This document shows positions 50,369-64,000 of a stretch of DNA of 64,000 nucleotides, in pieces. The stretch covers positions 28,830,001 through 28,894,000 of the forward strand of contig OZ024745.1 of NCBI GenBank assembly GCA_964016885.1, written 5' to 3'. The notes under the pieces were generated by a model that was given only the letters and a program-made list of their open reading frames with translations, was not told the origin of the DNA and did not search any database. Made by a program: the position numbers and the translations under genes. The stretch comes from Eledone cirrhosa. Its lineage: Eukaryota. The first letter of the stretch is position 1, and every line of letters starts with the position of its first letter.

Positions 50369-51521
50369 ATTATATATATATATATATTATACAACGGACA
50401 CACACACACACACACACACATCAACACCTGTAGGAGCCGAATCAAGAACATCATGCTTGCCTGGCAGAAATGCTATCATTAGACGCACATATAATCATCA
50501 TCATCATCACCATTTTACATCCATTGTCCCTGCTGGCATGGGTCAGACAACACCTGACATAAGACTGTGATGAAAGACTACATCTCCAGAAATCAGGTGT
50601 TAGCATTGATGTAATAATGAGATTTCAGGTAAGAAGATTATAACTGAAATACAAATATTTTAATAAGTCAGGTGAATCAATAAAGTTGGGAGCAGATGCT
50701 AATTCAGGTATGTTAGTAGAGGTAGACTAAGATAAGTTGGTAGTTGAGATGGGGAGATGGGGAGTGGAGGTACAGGTTGTCTGACTCAGGTAAGTTGGTA
50801 ATTAAGGTGGGGAGATGGGGGGTGGGGGGTTGTCTGATTCAGGTCAGGTGACCATGTCTTGCTCATATGAGTCTGTTTTGGGGCTTCGTTTCTATGGCTC
50901 GATGCCCTTCCTAATGGCAACCACATTACTGGGTACTTTCTTTTTTGTTGTGCCCCCCCCACTTCCCTCCACCGTCACTGCTGCAACTACTACCAAGCTA
51001 CCACCACCACCACCACAACATCAACATATGTGTGTGTATATAAACTTCAGTTAAGACAGGATTAACATGTTAATAAGTTTAACATTTTCAGTAAATATTG
51101 CAATAAATCACATCCCCCACCGCAGTCACTGACACCACCACCATTGGCATAAGCCCCTCTCACTCCTGTTGTTGCTCTTAATCCACCAACAACGCTACCA
51201 CCACCACCACCACCACCACCACCATCACCATCCTCTCAATCACAGATTAACATGTATAAATGGATTAGAGTTGACAATTGACTTCAACAATAACTACCAG
51301 GACCATTACCATCAGCACCACCACCACAACCATAACAATAACCAACACCATGACCACAACGACAACAACAACAACAACCTCCCCTCCCTCCACACACATT
51401 GCCACTAGCATTATCAATATCTTATACAATGTGTAATCCGTTACTTACCTGGCTGATAATATACAATTTTCTACTTGGATTGGTTTCAACAGGTATTTGT
51501 TGTTGTGTTTGTCTCTGGATG

Positions 51522-51557
<36 letters not shown>

Positions 51558-52082
51558 ATGAGACAGAGAGAGAGAGAGGAAGAGGGAGGGAGGGAGGAAG
51601 GAAGGAAGGAAGGAAGTGACAAAAATAGAGAGGGAAACAGAGAAAGAAAGACGGGGAGAAGGGGAAAGAAAGGAGAGAGAGAGCGAGAGAGAGAGAGATG
51701 ATACATTTGTGATAGTGTGTATCTGTGATACATGTATTTTGTTTTCTTTATTTTTTCTCTGTTTGAAACTTTACTATATATGTATATATGTACATAGACA
51801 CACACACACACATATATATACACATATGTATATGTGTGTGTGTGTGTGTATAGTAATAATAAATTACAAAAGCTAGACTTTATAATTCTTTTTATTGGGT
51901 AATTATCCATAATACGCATTTCTCTGGTGCCATGGTTACGTCCCTATCAATAGGTTGCATTGCCTTAGAAATGGATTACATAATAAAGGTATTACTTAAA
52001 AGGCTCTCTGAAGATGTGTTAGTAATTGTGTTAGAACATGTTGAAGTATCAATGGCACCACAGAAATGTGTATTATACCTAA

Positions 52083-52851
52083 TCTCTATATATAAAACTG
52101 TGGTTGTCTGTCTGTCTATCGATTTTTGGCACACATCTCCTCTTAGAATCTCTCACGGAATTGCACCGAAATTGCTATCCTTGTACATTGAGCCCTAGCG
52201 AAGACATCGGAAATAAAAAAATTTCAAATTGACCCACCCTATGTGACGAAATCGAATATAATGTATCGATTTTTGAGCGTAAGTTATCAGTTATTTCCCT
52301 TTGTTCTGTTTACATTGAGCGTCTTACGTAAAAAATTACGCTGGCTTTCTCAGCGTTTAAAATGACATTAACACAATACGTTCGAACACTAAGCTTCCGT
52401 TTTGCTTCATTTCCATTTAAAAGCATTTTAAAACAATATTTTTACTTGAAAACAAGTCTATTTAAAGACTACGTAAAACAAGCAAATATTTCAGGCGTGC
52501 AGACAGACAGTCGTGCAGAGAGGTGATATAGGCGTGCAGACAGACATAACTGATAATTTGGTTACGCTAATGTTTTTCTCTGCGTTGCAGTGTTTACATT
52601 TTCGATCTTTGTTAATAAATAACCAGTGCAGTTTCTATCCCCAGCATCCTCTTTTGTTATAACATTCGGGTTATCGTTATGTTTTCTTAACTTCATAAGG
52701 CATATTGTTGGTTGAGGGAATATTAATCAAAAACACCACATGCAAGTCTGCACAGTAGACATTACAGTTTTTAAGCCAAAAAAGAAACTTAACATTGTAA
52801 CTTTAACACAGCTACTGAGCGACCCCGAGCAACGCCGGGCTTTACTGCTAG
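52083..52851 (+). mobile_element. Non-autonomous Helitron
   Basis: A|TC start, (tctg)n near the 5' end, CCCGAGCAACGCCGGG hairpin, CTAG|T end. Confidence 0.8.
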
Positions 52852-53370
52852 TTATATAATAAAAGGAATTATGGAAACCTAGCCTTTGTATTTTATTATT
52901 ATTGTATGTATACTCCATCCTGTACTGGCCATGTAATACCACACCAGAATTAGAAGGATGCATAAGATATTGAGTGCATTTTCCCTAATTAATCCATGGT
53001 TTGCTGATTGGAGTGATGCAATCACAGCCCCAACTACCAGTTAGTAAACATACTATAACACAAACATATAAATACAAATGTCCCCAAAAATGTATACACA
53101 CTTCAACAGCATTCTAATAAATATTGCCTAAACAAGTAATCAAAGAGTATATACATTTTTGGGGGATACCCTGTATATATATATATATTATCATCATCGC
53201 TTTTATATCTGTTTTTCCACACTTACATATATATGTTTGGATATACAAAGAGGAAATAAAGTACTCAATACAAGTATTTGAGTATATTTATTAGGATGAA
53301 GTTGATGATTTTAATCTGTTGCTACTAATGGATTAATTAACTACCTATTCTTATCCTTTCACTGTTTAAC

Positions 53371-53433
<63 letters not shown>

Positions 53434-54290
53434 ATATATATATATATACGGGGGACTTTCCTGTCGATTTCGACATATTAGGATTCAAACAACCGATTCA
53501 GTTCATTTGGATGTTTATGTCAGGTATGACATTTTAGTCCTGCCAAGGATTTGCAAGCAAGTCCACAGATTGTGCAAGGGTAAGAATGAATGAAAAGAGC
53601 AATCAACACATAATATAAGTATTAACAGTTTGAGTTATTTGTGCATTACCAATGGTTTCATTTAATATAAACAGTCTCGTCTTCAAAGGTGAAAGTGATA
53701 TGTGATTATATATATAATTATCATCATCATCATTTTATGTCCAATTTTCCATGCTGGCATGGGTTGGATGGAATGTTTTGAAGCAATGTTTTACCATCAG
53801 ATGTTCTTCCTGATGCCAACGAATTTAGTCATTCGTCTCTGTGTGTATGTGTATATATATTTATATATATACACAAACACACATACAGGTATGCTACATA
53901 TTTGATCATGGATATTGTGTAACATATGTGATATATGTTATATTACATATGATATATAGCATATTATATGATGTAATCATGCCATTTAAATTATGCAATG
54001 AGTGTTGTAAAATGTATGAATTTCTCCAAGATAGTATTTAATGAATCATTTATTTATCAATTTACATATACAGGTACATACAGACATGCACATATATACA
54101 TACATACATACACACATATATATATATATGAACACATATCTCTATGTGTACTTCTCTCTATATACTGATATATATATATATGTGTATATATATATACATA
54201 TATACATACATACATATACTCACATACACACATATATTTGCACACACACATTCACACATACATATATATATATATGTATATATATAACTT

Positions 54291-60948
<6,658 letters not shown>

Positions 60949-62321
60949 TTTGTGGAATTACAGCAGACTTTTTTCTCTTAGATTCTTGGAGTGGCAAATG
61001 ATAAAATCAGGCTGCAATAGAAGAAAATACAACACAGGTATTTATTCGATATAATATGGTATATTCTTTTATTATTTTACTACTTTCAGATATTAGAGTG
61101 TGGCCATGCTAGGGCAGTATCTTGAAAGTATTTAGTCAATTATATTGACCCTAGTACTATTTCTTTTCAAGTCTGGTAAATTATAGGACATAATCAAACA
61201 CTAAACATAAATGCAGACATGTACACATACACAGACATATACATATATATCTGATAGGCTTCCACACAGTTTCTATCAACCAAATTTCACTCACATGGCA
61301 TTGGTCAACCCACACTATACATGTGTCTATAAATATATATACACACACACACACACATTATTTAATTATGAAATGAATTTTGTTACTGTTTAGTCAAGGA
61401 GAGAAGGGCTGTGCCCACAACACTTTTTAGGGCCCCCAACACTACTTGGGGAGTATCCTAAAACTAGGGAGTCTGTTTGAATGCTTGCAACAGAGTGGAC
61501 ACTGCTAAAGGTAGCCAAGGTCCAGTTGGAGGTGTTAAACTGGACAGCAACAGAATGGACTAAGGAATTAAGTCTATTACCCAAGTAGGCTGTATTAATA
61601 TTTGAACTCATAACACAAAGAGTAAGAACAACTACTGCAAGGTATCTAGTCAGATGTTCTAACAATTCTTCCAACCCACCACATATGACAGGTATTTTAT
61701 ATCAGCCTTGAAAGGATGAAGTTGACTTCACTGAGATTGGAAATCAATTTTTTTTGTTCCGTGCTGTCTTTAATGTTTTCTTCATGTGAACCCTTTGTGA
61801 TGGATATTATTGTTATTATTATTAATATCAGTAACATACTGGAGTTGATTTAATTGACTTTCCCCTTCCACAAAATTGTTGGTCTTGTGCCTAAATCAGA
61901 CACTATTATAACACTGAAGTTCTAACAAAGTCACTTAGCCTGCTCAAAACAAAGACCATATACAATTCAATAAACATCTCCCTAGGGCTTTAATACCATA
62001 TGGGGAGGCAGGTTATATAATATGACACACCCTTCACCATCCACATCCACCACACCAACATCATCATTGAATATGTATTGATTTTTATCAATACATATTG
62101 ATCACTTAGATTAAGAAAACTATATTGAGAGTAAAGAAAAGAGAAATATCAACAGAAATAGAGAGAGAGAGGGCGTGATTGTATGTGGAAGAGTGAGTGA
62201 GACAGAGAGTGAGTGTGTGAGACAGAGAGAAAGGGGTTACTGTTACTATAGAAACACAGTAACAACAGCAACCACAACAAAACTATTTCATGACCACTTC
62301 CTAATTGTATATAGACATAAA

Positions 62322-62360
<39 letters not shown>

Positions 62361-62891
62361 ATACATGCATATATGGATATCTACACTTATTTATTTATTC
62401 AAACATCTGCATAAAGTTAGTAAGCCATGACAGATTAGAGAGGTATCTAGTAACTCTTACAGTTAAGAAACAAAAACAAGAGAGAGAGAAAAAAGAAAAG
62501 AAAAAAGAGGACAAGAGGCAAAAGAAGATTAAATTAGATTTTAAAAAAGGTGAAAAACAAAGGTAGCTATAAAGCAGCCAAAGTTTTCTGTTAATCTTTT
62601 CATAGCCTCAATGTATTGAAACATCTTGTTTATAGTTGTTATAGTTGACAAATCTTTGACAATATATTGCAACTCTAATATCTCGGGTAGTTTTTTAATA
62701 AGATATATGTATCATCATCATTATTTTATGTCCGCTTTTCCCTGCTTGCAAGGGTGGATATATATATATAGGAAAATGTTCAAGATCCCAACGGCAGAGC
62801 TCGTTTTCCTATTACCCACTCTACTACCCTAAGTATTGAGTACTCTGGTTTCTTATCACACTTCCTTCGTTATATATATATATATATATAT

Positions 62892-63112
62892 ATCATCATC
62901 ATCATTTAATGTCTATCGTCCACGCTAACATGGGTTGGATGGTTTTGTTCCACTTGAGGTGGGATTGGTCGGGAGTCCGTGTCTCGCTTGTACAGAACTG
63001 TCCCTGGCAGGTTTTCTACGGCTGGATGCCCTTCCTAACACCAACCACATTTACAGTGTGGACTGGGAGCCCTTTTACCATGTCTCCTATACGACCACTT
63101 TACAGTGTGGAC
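62892..63112 (-). mobile_element. SINE family B
   Basis: Reverse complement closely matches 42862-43090. Confidence 0.8.
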
Positions 63113-64000
63113 TATATATACATACGTATATATTCTTACATAAATGTTATGTATTTCAGCAGTAAATTGAGGCCAGATATTTCTTCTGAATTAGGAAGGA
63201 GCACCATGTAGAACATCCAGCAAATACCCAATTCCACTAACCAGAATATTAAAGTAACTACAGACTGCCCAACCAAACATCCTGACCATAGACTATTTGT
63301 CTTAGACATAAAACTCTAGCTAGAAACTATGAACAACAAAGTACAAATCCTCCATTCATATTATGCTAAACACGTATCATTGAAGTACCTCATCCACTGA
63401 AGTTCAGCAGTTTCAGATAGCATAAAAATGAACATCTTGATAGTGGGCTTAGTGAAGAATGTGTCCTGTATGTGCACTGCTAAGGAATTAAAGATACACA
63501 TATAACACTTCATTCACTATATGCAGTTTAGCTTTCTGTCGAGGAGAAGCATTACTTACTAGCTTATAAATTTAAAAGTGCTTTAGATAAACTAAAACTT
63601 ACAATTAAGGTAGTATAGAAACCAGGTGTCTCAATCAAATCCCTAATCAGCAGAACTACCCATTTAAGACCCCCCCCCCATTCTCCCATACTGACTAAAA
63701 TTGCGTAGTATGAAAGATAAACCCACAGATAATTGTAAAAGTAAAAATGTTGTAAAGTGGTTGGTGATAGGAAGGGCATTCAGCCGTAAAAAGATTGCCA
63801 AACAAAGGGCTGGGAGGACTCTTTAGCTGTGTCAAGGAATTGACAACTTTCCTAGTGTTGGTGATATGAAGGGCATTCAGCCATAGAAAGCTGCCAAACA
63901 AAGAGTTGGGAGGATTCCTCTGTCTCAAAAACATGATAACCTCTCTAATGCTAACGTGATGGTAAAATGCACTTGGTAGAACGTGGGACCGTATGTAAGC

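Noticed and set aside
51440-51520. Perfect minus-strand donor CAG|gtaagtaa between the two genes
   Set aside because: No convincing coding exon or partner acceptor, and INTS5 exon 1 has no upstream polypyrimidine tract; unsupported without RNA data.

Overview
AT-rich, microsatellite-dense animal genomic DNA; the SINE/RTE repertoire suggests a cephalopod such as Octopus (inference). Two spliced genes were rebuilt by hand on the minus strand. One is a complete 22-coding-exon Integrator subunit 5 gene (INTS5, 43897->14060, 2925 nt, 974 aa, all GT-AG, all phases consistent). The other is a 4-coding-exon C7orf57-like gene (60948->54291, 260 aa). An orphan RPF2-like terminal exon lies at 513-671. 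The rest is mobile DNA and tandem repeats: a young 5'-truncated RTE LINE with an open 534-aa RT ORF, older RTE/CR1/Penelope remnants, CRE-like restriction-endonuclease retrotransposons, two SINE families, Helitron-, piggyBac-, pogo- and mariner-type MITEs, a ~530-bp inverted repeat and several minisatellites. Most notable observations: (1) the conserved N-terminal motif of the C7orf57-like gene survives upstream of the ATG but with TGA at the Trp codon plus a 1-nt frameshift; (2) tandem repeats recur right at 5' splice sites, including an in-frame duplicated donor in INTS5; (3) a LINE shows twin-priming inversion architecture; (4) a 5' tRNA-Glu half is fused to an RTE tail; (5) hammerhead-like cores are present. 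Protein identifications rest on recalled motifs and need database confirmation; repeat boundaries are approximate.
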